A stretch of 64,000 bases of DNA, from NCBI RefSeq assembly GCF_044647545.1, contig NZ_CP172818.1; one strand, 5' to 3'. The DNA is from Escherichia coli. GTDB taxonomy: Bacteria > Pseudomonadota > Gammaproteobacteria > Enterobacterales > Enterobacteriaceae. Below, piece after piece: positions 43,226 through 54,056 of this stretch (position 1 is its first letter; each line of letters opens with the position of its first letter). The position numbers and the translations under genes are program-made. Below the pieces are notes generated by a model, which saw only the letters and a list, made by a program, of their open reading frames with translations, was not told the origin of the DNA and did no database searches.

Positions 43226-43317
43226 AACAGTTCCGTAATAAACATCCGATTTCATTCTTATATGCCAGCAATGGCAGGGATTTGTTCACCCTTAAATCTG
43301 TAATGAGGTAAAACAAA

Positions 43318-44232
43318 ATGAGTAAAGTCTTTATTTGCGCCGCCATTCCGGACGAACAGGCAATAAAGGAAGAAGGTGCCGTCGCTGTAGCCACTGCCAT
43401 TGAAGCCGGTGATGAACGTCGCGCCCGCGCAAAATTTCACTGGCAATTCCTGGAACATTATCCGGCTGCTCAGGACTGCGCTTATAAATTTCTTGTTTGC
43501 GAGGATAAACCCGGTATACCCCGCCCTGCCCTCGATTCCTGGGATGCTGAATATATGCAGGAAAACCGCTGGGATGAGGCGTCTGCTTCCTTTGTCCCGG
43601 TCGAGACTGAATCCGATCCGATGAACGTCACTTTTGACAACCTAGCCCCTGAAGTACAGAACGCTGTCATGGTTAAGTTCGACACATGTGAAAACATCAC
43701 TGTTGATATGGTGATTAGCGCACAGGAATTGTTGCAGGAAGACATGGCAACATTCGACGGCCATATCGTTGAAGCGTTGATGAAAATGCCAGAAGTTAAC
43801 GCTATGTATCCGGAGCTTAAGCTGCATGCCATCGGGTGGGTTAAGCATAAATGTAAGCCTGGTGCCAAATGGCCCGAAATTCAGGCAGAGATGCGCATCT
43901 GGAAAAAACGTCGCGAAGGTGAACGCAAGGAAGCCGGAAAATACACGTCTGTTGTTGATCTCGCCCGCGCCAGAGCCAATCAACAGCACACTGAAAATTC
44001 AACAGGAAAAATCAACCCGGTCATTGCTGCCATTCATCGCGAATACAAGCAGACATGGAAAACACTGGATGACGAACTGGCCTACGCTCTCTGGCCTGGT
44101 GATGTGGATGCCGGAAACATTGACGGCAGCATCCATCGCTGGGCAAAAAATGAAGTTATCGACAACGACCGCGAAGACTGGAAGCGTATCTCGGCATCAA
44201 TGCGCAAACAGCCTGATGCCCTTCGCTCACGA

Positions 44233-44256
<24 letters not shown>
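43318..44256 (+). CDS. ydfE: Qin prophage protein YdfE; last few codons read into the IS2-like remnant
   Basis: 312-aa ORF; from about 44233 the DNA is IS2 insD-like (cgccagaatgcgctgttgcttga...), so the C-terminus is insertion-derived. Confidence 0.75.
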
Positions 44257-44917
<661 letters not shown>

Positions 44918-45417
44918 GTGATAAGAGAAGTCTGAAAGAGAAATATCCGACAGGCGTGGAAAACCATGGAGGGAAATTACGTATCTGTTTTTTATAAAGG
45001 CGTAAGAGCAGGGAAAACCTGGGGGTCGAAAAAGGAAAAAAAAGGCGCGTTGCAGGTGAGCTACGCGCCTCTGTTTGTTACGCAATAAAAACTGGTGTTT
45101 TCGACTATGCAAAACAGTTTCCCTCCTCACGCAATCTGGAAAAATTTGGTGAGGCCCGACAAGATTTAACCATAAAAGAACTGGCTGAAAAATTTCTGGC
45201 ACTGAAAGAAACTGAAGTCGCAAAAACATCACTCAACACATACCGTGCCGTCATCAAAAATATCCTGAGCATAATCGGTGAAAAAAATCTTGCCTCATCG
45301 ATTAATAAAGAAAAATTACTGGAGGTTCGTAAAGAGCTACTGACTGGATACCAGATCCCCAAAAGTAACTATATTGTTACACAACCAGGGAGATCGGCTG
45401 TAACTGTAAATAATTAC

Positions 45418-46212
45418 ATGACAAATCTTAACGCCGTGTTCCAGTTTGGTGTTGATAACGGTTACCTGGCAGATAACCCGTTTAAGGGGATCTCGCCATT
45501 AAAGGAATCAAGAACCATTCCGGATCCTCTTTCGCGGGAGGAATTCATCCGTCTTATCGATGCGTGCAGAAATCAGCAAGCCAAAAATTTATGGTGTGTT
45601 TCTGTTTATACTGGCGTTCGCCCTGGTGAGCTGTGTGCACTTGGATGGGAGGACATAGATCTGAAAAATGGAACAATGATGATCAGGAGAAATTTAGCAA
45701 AAGACCGTTTCACGGTACCAAAAACACAGGCGGGAACCAATCGGGTCATTCATCTTATTAAGCCAGCAATCGACGCTCTCCGGAGTCAGATGACATTAAC
45801 GAGACTGAGCAAAGAGCATATCATTGATGTTCACCTCAGAGAGTATGGCAGAACAGAAAAACATAAATGCACCTTTGTTTTTCAACCTGAAGTGTCAGCG
45901 AGAGTAAAAAATTATGGTGACCATTTTACCGTTGACTCAATAAGGCAGATGTGGGACGCAGCGATAAAACGTGCCGGACTCCGCCATCGAAAATCATATC
46001 AGTCGAGACATACTTATGCCTGCTGGTCGCTGACAGCTGGTGCTAACCCGGCATTTATAGCAAACCAGATGGGCCATGCAGATGCGCAAATGGTATTTCA
46101 GGTATACGGAAAATGGATGTCTGAAAACAATAATGCACAGGTAGCTTTGTTAAATACACAGTTAAGCGAGTTTGCCCCAACCATGCCCCATAACGAAGCA
46201 ATGAAAAATTAA
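45418..46212 (+). pseudogene. intQ: defective prophage integrase IntQ (C-terminal catalytic domain only)
   Basis: 264-aa ORF with tyrosine-recombinase features (...HLIKPAIDALR..., ...RHTYACW...); upstream 44950-45417 has integrase-like N-terminal coding potential broken across frames. Confidence 0.8.
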
Positions 46213-46213
46213 T

Positions 46214-46342
46214 TTAATATTTATCAAATAGTTGACACGTATGACTCTTGAAATCCATAAATTCAAGCGCAGTGCCCAGCCATCCCGATACTGCTGCTTT
46301 CACCAAATCCTTAGTGCTTCTTTCGTGTTTTTCTATTGTCAT
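46214..46342 (-). pseudogene. ydfJ: N-terminal fragment of ydfJ separated from the gene body by the prophage
   Basis: Minus strand encodes MTIEKHERSTKDLVKAAVSGWLGTALEFMDF then prophage-derived residues; the EFMDF coding core is the repeated att sequence (46250-46264). Confidence 0.55.
46250..46264. repeat. attR core copy
   Basis: gaaatccataaattc, matching 25403-25416 apart from one extra A. Confidence 0.6.
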
Positions 46343-46399
46343 AATGGTTATCTCTAAAAAAGAGGTAAGATGCGTACTACTTACTCGCCGTTATTGGTA

Positions 46400-47419
46400 T
46401 TATTCAGAAAAAGTGAGTAAGACTTTGCAGCAATGCTTTTGATCCTGTTCAAATAAACTAATGGCATCAGCAACATGCTGGAAATCAAACGTATGGGTAA
46501 TTAGTTTTTCTGGTTTAATTAACCCTTTACTTAACCAGTCGATAACGACCGGGAATTTATTTGCATTTAAGCGTGAAGAGAAAATAGAGAGTTCTTTTCC
46601 GGTAATTCCTTGCTGAATCACTTCAGACGGTTCACTGGAGAAGCCCATCAATACAATACGTGCCGCTGGAGAAGCCAGCGTTACGGCCTCTTTCAGGATA
46701 GAAGGATGACAAGCCGCATCGATAATTAATGTCGGCTTTATGCCTTTTTCAGCGAAAATCTCGCCAAGCGGTGTCTGGCTGTTATTAATCGCCCAGTCTG
46801 CCCCGCTCTCTTTCGCTTTTTCCAGTCGTTCATCAATGCGATCGGCAACAATCACATTCTTAACGTTATAGACGCCTTTTAATACCTGAACGATCGTCAG
46901 GCCGATTGGACCGGCACCATAAACCAGAACGGTATCATTTTCAGTCGGTTGACCATGTCCGGTTACGTTAGCCGCAATGGTAAAAGGTTCGATCATTACC
47001 GCATATTGATCGGCCACTGCTTCAGGAATTTTCCACGCATTTTTTGCCGGAACCACGGCATATTCACTGAAACCACCGTCAGCGTGCACACCTAATACAG
47101 CCAGTGTCGTACAAACGTTCGGTTTACCTATAGAGCACGGATAGCAATGCCCACAGCTGACCACCGGATCGACAGCAACACGTTCACCGACTCTGGCGCT
47201 TTCCACGCCTTCACCCACTGCATCAATGACGCCAAAGAATTCATGACCAATGACGCGCGGATATTTCGCAAAAGGATTATGCCCACGATAAATATGGCTA
47301 TCTGAACCACAAATTCCGGCAAGTTTCACTTTTACTCGTACTTCACCCGCTGACGGGGTGGGTATTTCGCGTTCGATAATTGCCAGTTGATTCGGTTTTT
47401 CAATTAAAATGCTTTTCAT
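46400..47419 (-). CDS. rspB: zinc-dependent alcohol dehydrogenase-family starvation-sensing protein RspB, 339 aa
   Basis: GHEFFG and Cys-rich zinc sites; start at MKSILIEKPNQ... Confidence 0.9.
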   Translation of the reverse strand: MKSILIEKPNQLAIIEREIPTPSAGEVRVKVKLAGICGSDSHIYRGHNPFAKYPRVIGHEFFGVIDAVGEGVESARVGERVAVDPVVSCGHCYPCSIGKPNVCTTLAVLGVHADGGFSEYAVVPAKNAWKIPEAVADQYAVMIEPFTIAANVTGHGQPTENDTVLVYGAGPIGLTIVQVLKGVYNVKNVIVADRIDERLEKAKESGADWAINNSQTPLGEIFAEKGIKPTLIIDAACHPSILKEAVTLASPAARIVLMGFSSEPSEVIQQGITGKELSIFSSRLNANKFPVVIDWLSKGLIKPEKLITHTFDFQHVADAISLFEQDQKHCCKVLLTFSE

Positions 47420-47430
47420 TATCTTACTCC

Positions 47431-48645
47431 TTACCAGTTCCACAGCGTGCCATCTTCCAGACGTGCGACTGGCAGATAAGCAGGTTCATAGGGATATTTC
47501 GCCGCCAGCTTTTCATCGAATTCGATGCCAAGACCCGGTTTGTCTCCCGGATGCATATAGCCGTTATCAAAAGTCCAGTTGTGCGGGAAGACTTCAAGCA
47601 TTTGTTCGGAATAACCCATGTATTCCTGGACACCGAAATTGGGGACCCACAGATCAAAGTGCAGCGCCGCAGCCATGCAGACTGGCGACAAATCGGAAGG
47701 ACCGTGTGAGCCAGTACGTACCTGATACAACGAAGCAAAATCGGCAATCCGGCGCATACCGGTAATCCCCCCCGCGTGAGTCAGCGTGGTGCGGATATAG
47801 TCGATAAGTTGTTCTTCAATCAGCTGTTTGCAGTCCCAGATGCTGTTGAAGACTTCACCCACTGCAATTGGCGTGACGGTGTGTTGGCGAATCAGGCGGA
47901 AACACTCCTGGTTTTCCGCAGGCGTCGGATCTTCCATCCAGAACATGCGATAATCTTCAATGCTTTTACCAAAGCGTGCTGCTTCAATAGGCGTTAAGCG
48001 ATGGTGCATGTCATGCAGCAAATGTTCATTAAAACCAAACTTGTTACGTACCGCGTCAAACAATTTCGGCATGAAATCGAGGTATTTCTCCGTCGACCAC
48101 AGCTGCTCTTCCGGCCACTGTCCTTTGGTTGCGGGTTCATAAGCCAGACCTTTACCTTTCGACATGCCATAGGTGGTTTTCATACCAGGGATTCCGCACT
48201 GCACGCGGATGGCTTTGAATCCCAGCTCCTGATGACGGGCATAATCATCCAGAGCTTCATCAATACTGTGACCGGTGGTATGGCAATAAACCATCACCCC
48301 TTCACGAGACGCGCCGCCGAGTAACTGGTAAAGCGGCATGTTGGCAGCTTTGGCTTTAATATCCCACAGCGCCATATCAACCGCTGAAATGGCCGACATC
48401 GTAACCGGACCGCGACGCCAGTAAGCACCTTTATAGAAAAACTGCCAGATATCTTCGATACGGTGCGCATCGCGACCAATAAGCTGCGGACAAAGGTGAT
48501 CCTGCAAATAAGAGGCCACGGAAAGCTCACGTCCATTGAGGGTGGCATCCCCAAGGCCCGTAATACCGTCCTCAGTGGTGATTTTTAATGTGACGAAATT
48601 ACGCCCCGGACAGGTAACAAAAACTTCAGCCTTTACGATCTTCAT
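47431..48645 (-). CDS. rspA: enolase-superfamily mannonate dehydratase-like protein RspA, 404 aa
   Basis: Start at [40 protein letters not shown]... Confidence 0.9.
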
Positions 48646-48850
48646 GTTCGATTCCTTGCATCGCTTGTCGTGATGCATGAAATCTACGCAACTGAGCTAC
48701 TACCATACAAGTATGAAGATCAAAAAAAGCCGGAGTGATCACAAAAAAAGGCGTATATTTGCGCCGTGAATGGTTGACAAAAGATGAAATAGAATACCTT
48801 TTGTCAGCTGACACTTCCCCGTATCTTATTGATAAAATGGATTTATGTTC

Positions 48851-49177
48851 CTACGTGCGCCCCCAGCCCGCAACAATGATCAACATGCCGCAAAGCGCAA
48901 TCAACGCCCCCGTCCAGTCATAAAGAGTCAGTTTCACGCCATCCACAACGCGCAGCCAAATCAACGCCGTGCAGACATAAACGCCACCATAAGCCGCGTA
49001 AACACGCCCACTCGCCGCAGGATGCAACGTTAACAACCAGACAAACAGCGCCAGTGAAATCCCTGCCGGAAGCAACAGCCAGATACTGGCGTTTCGCTTC
49101 AACCACAGCCAGGGCAAAAAGCACCCAATAATTTCACACAGCGCAGTAGCAAAAAATAGTAACGTTGTTTTAATCAT
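48851..49177 (-). CDS. ynfA: UPF0060 membrane protein YnfA, 108 aa
   Basis: Hydrophobic 4-TM small ORF. Confidence 0.85.
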   Translation of the reverse strand: MIKTTLLFFATALCEIIGCFLPWLWLKRNASIWLLLPAGISLALFVWLLTLHPAASGRVYAAYGGVYVCTALIWLRVVDGVKLTLYDWTGALIALCGMLIIVAGWGRT

Positions 49178-49311
49178 CTTTGTCACTTATTGACATCATG
49201 TATAGTTATAGGACGACATAATATCATCAATATAAACACCCTCCTTGAACGTTTTGCGTTCGCAGTGGATGGTGTAGAATCAGCTTTAATCATTCATACA
49301 GGGAATGAATT

Positions 49312-49653
49312 ATGAAAATCACTCTCAGCAAACGAATCGGCCTGCTCGCTTTTCTGCTGCCTTGCGCACTGGCATTGAGCACAACTGTTCATGCCGAAAC
49401 TAACAAACTGGTGATTGAGTCTGGCGACAGTGCACAAAGCCGCCAGCACGCCGCTATGGAAAAAGAGCAATGGAATGACACGCGCAATCTGCGCCAGAAA
49501 GTGAATAAACGCACTGAAAAAGAGTGGGATAAAGCCGACGCCGCTTTTGATAACCGCGATAAATGTGAGCAAAGCGCCAACATCAATGCCTACTGGGAGC
49601 CAAATACTTTGCGCTGCCTGGACCGTCGAACTGGCCGCGTTATTACCCCCTAA
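49312..49653 (+). CDS. ynfB: YnfB (UPF0482), secreted small protein, 113 aa
   Basis: Signal peptide [28 protein letters not shown]. Confidence 0.8.
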
Positions 49654-49687
49654 CCTGTTATTGATTTAAGGAATGTAAGGACACGTT

Positions 49688-50248
49688 ATGCCAAGCGCCC
49701 ACAGTGTTAAGCTACGCCCGCTGGAGCGTGAAGATTTACGCTATGTACATCAACTCGACAATAACGCCAGTGTGATGCGTTACTGGTTTGAGGAACCCTA
49801 CGAAGCCTTTGTTGAACTCTCTGATCTGTACGATAAGCATATTCACGATCAGAGCGAACGGCGCTTTGTGGTGGAATGTGACGGCGAAAAAGCCGGTCTG
49901 GTGGAGCTGGTGGAAATTAACCATGTTCATCGCCGCGCAGAATTTCAGATAATTATCTCCCCGGAATATCAGGGGAAAGGTCTGGCAACGCGTGCCGCAA
50001 AATTAGCAATGGACTATGGCTTCACCGTTCTCAATCTCTATAAGCTGTATCTGATCGTCGATAAAGAGAATGAAAAAGCGATTCACATTTACCGCAAGCT
50101 TGGCTTTACGGTTGAAGGTGAATTGATGCATGAGTTCTTTATTAATGGTCAATATCGGAATGCCATTCGCATGTGCATATTCCAGCATCAGTATCTGGCA
50201 GAGCACAAAACACCGGGTCAGACTCTCCTGAAGCCGACCGCACAATAG
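49688..50248 (+). CDS. speG: spermidine N1-acetyltransferase SpeG, 186 aa
   Basis: GNAT fold motifs; recognised. Confidence 0.95.
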   Translation: MPSAHSVKLRPLEREDLRYVHQLDNNASVMRYWFEEPYEAFVELSDLYDKHIHDQSERRFVVECDGEKAGLVELVEINHVHRRAEFQIIISPEYQGKGLATRAAKLAMDYGFTVLNLYKLYLIVDKENEKAIHIYRKLGFTVEGELMHEFFINGQYRNAIRMCIFQHQYLAEHKTPGQTLLKPTAQ

Positions 50249-50250
50249 CA

Positions 50251-50961
50251 TTAATAATAATCGATAGTATTTTTGATGGTGTAAACCCGTTCGACGGCGG
50301 GTTTTACTCCTTCATCAACAATGATTAGCTGACAGTCTACCGGATTGGCGTGACTGTCATATTCACAGCTCTGTTTTACATTACCAACCCGTTGATTATT
50401 CAGTAAAGTAACCGCTGTGTAATCTAATTTTTTGATCGGATCCGTTGATGGCGTAGCGCTAACAGATAATGTTTTGTCGTTACTTTTCGTGGTTTTACCC
50501 AGCGGATAACCCTGATCATCATAGCGATATTCCATCTGCATCTGTTTGCTGCTGGCTTTAATCACAAAGCCATTATCATCGGTTTCCCAACTCACCCCGG
50601 CAGAAGGTAATTCTGCTAGCTGGCATTTTCCCTGCAAACGAACTCTTTTCTCCAGTGTCTGGGCATCACGGTAATAATTGGCGTCCAGTACCAGGGCAAC
50701 CACGGTATTATTTTCCAGATCCAGTAATTCGAGAGAATCAAAACAGCCTTCTTCCGACAAAGTCCCCGAAACACGTTTCGTCACTTCACCTTGCTCATCC
50801 ATTAATGTCTGAGTGAAATCTTTTACGGGACCACGCAGCGGATCAAAATCGAATTCATTAGAGAAACTGGCCATCTCCGGGGTAAATGAAAGTGTTACTT
50901 CTGTGCGGTCACATCCTGTGAGGAATATCGCGAGTAAGCATGGCAGTAATTTGTATTTCAC
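50251..50961 (-). CDS. ynfC: UPF0257 lipoprotein YnfC, 236 aa (GTG start inferred)
   Basis: Lipobox LTGC in KYKLLPCLLAIFLTGCDR. Confidence 0.8.
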   Translation of the reverse strand: MKYKLLPCLLAIFLTGCDRTEVTLSFTPEMASFSNEFDFDPLRGPVKDFTQTLMDEQGEVTKRVSGTLSEEGCFDSLELLDLENNTVVALVLDANYYRDAQTLEKRVRLQGKCQLAELPSAGVSWETDDNGFVIKASSKQMQMEYRYDDQGYPLGKTTKSNDKTLSVSATPSTDPIKKLDYTAVTLLNNQRVGNVKQSCEYDSHANPVDCQLIIVDEGVKPAVERVYTIKNTIDYY

Positions 50962-51068
50962 AACAGTCACCTGAGAGTAGAGATGATTCTCAATCATAGT
51001 AGCAAATACAGTACTTTACACGTTAAATGCTATGCTTAAAGAAGTTATCTTCGCGTAAGGAGCTTATG

Positions 51069-51374
51069 ATGAAACTCTCAACCTGCTGTGCCGCGCTTCT
51101 GCTCGCCCTCGCCTCACCCGCGGTACTCGCCGCGCCGGGATCCTGCGAGCGCATACAGAGCGATATATCACAGCGCATTATCAATAATGGCGTACCCGAA
51201 AGCAGCTTCACGTTAAGTATTGTACCCAATGACCAGGTTGATCAGCCTGATTCCCAGGTCGTCGGGCATTGCGCTAATGATACGCATAAAATTCTCTACA
51301 CCCGTACCACCAGCGGTAACGTCTCTGCTCCCGCGCAGTCTACCCAGGATGGCGCGCCTGCCGAACCGCAGTAA
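51069..51374 (+). CDS. ynfD: YnfD, secreted small protein, 101 aa
   Basis: Signal peptide MKLSTCCAALLLALASPAVLA. Confidence 0.8.
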   Translation: MKLSTCCAALLLALASPAVLAAPGSCERIQSDISQRIINNGVPESSFTLSIVPNDQVDQPDSQVVGHCANDTHKILYTRTTSGNVSAPAQSTQDGAPAEPQ

Positions 51375-51459
51375 CACATTATCGACTGAACGCCGGATAC
51401 GACACATCCGGCGATTTGAACATACAACATAATCCCACCTTATTACTCATACCCTTCTA

Positions 51460-51473
51460 TTGATATGGATTAA
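51460..51473 (+). promoter_or_regulatory. candidate FNR-type site (TTGAT-N4-ATTAA) upstream of ynfE
   Basis: ttgatatggattaa about 100 bp upstream of the ynfE start; one mismatch to TTGAT-N4-ATCAA. Confidence 0.35.
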
Positions 51474-51572
51474 TAATTCTTAACCCAAAATAGGTAGACT
51501 CCCTCTATTGTTAGCGCGCTAAATATTCAATATATAAACTTTTATATAACGATAAAGAACAGGGAGTGAGTT

Positions 51573-53999
51573 ATGTCCAAAAATGAACAAATGGTGGGCA
51601 TCAGCCGCAGAACACTCGTTAAATCTACCGCGATAGGTTCTCTGGCGCTGGCTGCAGGTGGTTTTTCTTTACCGTTCACCCTGCGCAGTGCAGCGGCAGC
51701 GGTACAACAGGCCAGCGAGAAAGTGGTCTGGGGTGCCTGTTCCGTCAACTGTGGTAGCCGCTGTGCACTTCGTCTGCATGTTAAAGATAATGAAGTGACC
51801 TGGGTGGAAACTGACAACACCGGCAACGACGAGTATGGCAATCATCAAGTACGTGCCTGTTTGCGCGGTCGCTCCATCCGTCGGCGTATTAATCATCCCG
51901 ATCGCTTGAATTACCCAATGAAACGCGTGGGCAAACGCGGCGAAGGCAAATTCGAACGGATTAGCTGGGATGAAGCCCTGGATACTATCGCCAGTAGCCT
52001 GAAAAAAACCGTCGAACAATATGGCAATGAGGCTGTATATATTCAGTACTCTTCAGGGATCGTTGGCGGCAATATGACCCGCTCTTCACCATCAGCCTCG
52101 GCGGTCAAACGCCTGATGAACTGCTACGGCGGTTCACTCAATCAGTATGGCTCCTACAGCACCGCGCAAATTTCCTGTGCCATGCCCTACACCTACGGCA
52201 GTAATGATGGCAACAGCACCACGGATATTGAAAACAGCAAGCTGGTCGTGATGTTTGGTAACAACCCGGCAGAAACCCGCATGAGCGGCGGTGGCATCAC
52301 TTATCTTCTTGAAAAAGCGCGCGAGAAATCGAACGCAAAAATGATTGTTATCGATCCGCGATATACCGATACGGCTGCTGGTCGTGAAGACGAATGGCTA
52401 CCTATTCGCCCGGGCACCGATGCCGCGCTGGTTGCGGGTATTGCCTGGGTATTGATTAACGAAAATCTCGTTGATCAACCTTTTCTCGATAAATACTGCG
52501 TCGGCTATGACGAAAAAACCTTACCCGCAGATGCACCAATAAATGGTCACTATAAAGCCTATATTCTTGGTGAAGGTGATGATAAAACAGCGAAAACGCC
52601 GCAGTGGGCTTCGCAAATTACCGGTATCCCGGTGGACCGTATCATCAAGCTGGCGCGTGAAATTGGCACAGCAAAACCCGCTTATATCTGCCAGGGCTGG
52701 GGGCCGCAACGCCAGGCAAACGGTGAGCTGACCGCACGCGCTATTGCTATGTTGCCTATTTTGACGGGCAATGTCGGCATCAGCGGCGGAAATAGTGGCG
52801 CGCGTGAATCGACCTATACCATTACCATAGAACGCCTGCCGGTGCTGGATAATCCGGTCAAAACGTCAATCTCCTGCTTCAGCTGGACGGATGCTATCGA
52901 TCATGGCCCGCAAATGACGGCAATCCGCGACGGCGTCCGGGGCAAAGATAAACTGGATGTGCCCATTAAGTTCATCTGGAACTACGCGGGAAATACCCTG
53001 GTTAATCAGCATTCTGACATCAACAAAACGCATGAAATTCTGCAGGACGAATCGAAATGCGAAATGATTGTGGTCATCGAAAACTTTATGACCTCATCGG
53101 CAAAATATGCCGACATTCTGCTGCCAGACCTGATGACCGTTGAGCAGGAAGATATTATTCCTAACGATTACGCCGGTAACATGGGATATCTCATTTTCCT
53201 TCAGCCAGTCACCAGCGAAAAATTCGAACGCAAACCGATTTACTGGATCCTGAGTGAGGTCGCGAAACGTCTTGGACCTGACGTCTATCAAAAGTTCACT
53301 GAAGGTCGCACTCAGGAACAATGGTTACAACATCTGTACGCCAAAATGCTTGCCAAAGATCCGGCGTTACCGTCTTACGACGAACTGAAAAAAATGGGTA
53401 TCTATAAGCGTAAAGATCCCAATGGTCATTTTGTCGCCTACAAAGCATTTCGTGACGACCCCGAGGCAAATCCACTTAAAACGCCTTCCGGTAAGATCGA
53501 AATTTACTCCAGCAAGCTGGCGGAAATTGCCCGTACCTGGGAACTGGAAAAAGATGAAGTGATAAGCCCACTGCCGGTTTATGCCTCAACCTTTGAAGGC
53601 TGGGACTCCCCTGAACGTAGTACCTTTCCACTGCAACTGTTTGGTTTCCATTACAAATCCCGTACTCACTCGACCTACGGCAATATTGATGTCCTGAAGG
53701 CAGCCTGCCGTCAGGAAGTGTGGATCAACCCTATAGATGCACAGAAACGTGGGATTGCCAACGGCGATATGGTGCGGGTGTTTAACCATCGTGGCGAAGT
53801 TCGGCTACCAGCCAAAGTGACACCACGCATTCTCCCTGGGGTTAGCGCTATGGGCCAGGGAGCCTGGCACGAGGCCAATATGTCTGGCGATAAAATCGAC
53901 CATGGCGGCTGTGTGAATACGCTAACCACTCTGCGCCCCTCACCACTGGCGAAGGGAAACCCGCAGCACACTAATCTGGTCGAGATCGAAAAAATATAA
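51573..53999 (+). CDS. ynfE: Tat-exported molybdopterin oxidoreductase YnfE (DmsA paralogue; selenate reductase catalytic subunit), 808 aa
   Basis: Twin-arginine signal ISRRTLVK, N-terminal Cys cluster C-x2-C-x3-C, DmsA-like throughout. Confidence 0.95.
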   Translation: MSKNEQMVGISRRTLVKSTAIGSLALAAGGFSLPFTLRSAAAAVQQASEKVVWGACSVNCGSRCALRLHVKDNEVTWVETDNTGNDEYGNHQVRACLRGRSIRRRINHPDRLNYPMKRVGKRGEGKFERISWDEALDTIASSLKKTVEQYGNEAVYIQYSSGIVGGNMTRSSPSASAVKRLMNCYGGSLNQYGSYSTAQISCAMPYTYGSNDGNSTTDIENSKLVVMFGNNPAETRMSGGGITYLLEKAREKSNAKMIVIDPRYTDTAAGREDEWLPIRPGTDAALVAGIAWVLINENLVDQPFLDKYCVGYDEKTLPADAPINGHYKAYILGEGDDKTAKTPQWASQITGIPVDRIIKLAREIGTAKPAYICQGWGPQRQANGELTARAIAMLPILTGNVGISGGNSGARESTYTITIERLPVLDNPVKTSISCFSWTDAIDHGPQMTAIRDGVRGKDKLDVPIKFIWNYAGNTLVNQHSDINKTHEILQDESKCEMIVVIENFMTSSAKYADILLPDLMTVEQEDIIPNDYAGNMGYLIFLQPVTSEKFERKPIYWILSEVAKRLGPDVYQKFTEGRTQEQWLQHLYAKMLAKDPALPSYDELKKMGIYKRKDPNGHFVAYKAFRDDPEANPLKTPSGKIEIYSSKLAEIARTWELEKDEVISPLPVYASTFEGWDSPERSTFPLQLFGFHYKSRTHSTYGNIDVLKAACRQEVWINPIDAQKRGIANGDMVRVFNHRGEVRLPAKVTPRILPGVSAMGQGAWHEANMSGDKIDHGGCVNTLTTLRPSPLAKGNPQHTNLVEIEKI

Positions 54000-54056
54000 C
54001 CCTCTACAACCATAAATTCTGGCATGACATTTTGTTTGAAAAGCAATAAGTGAGTA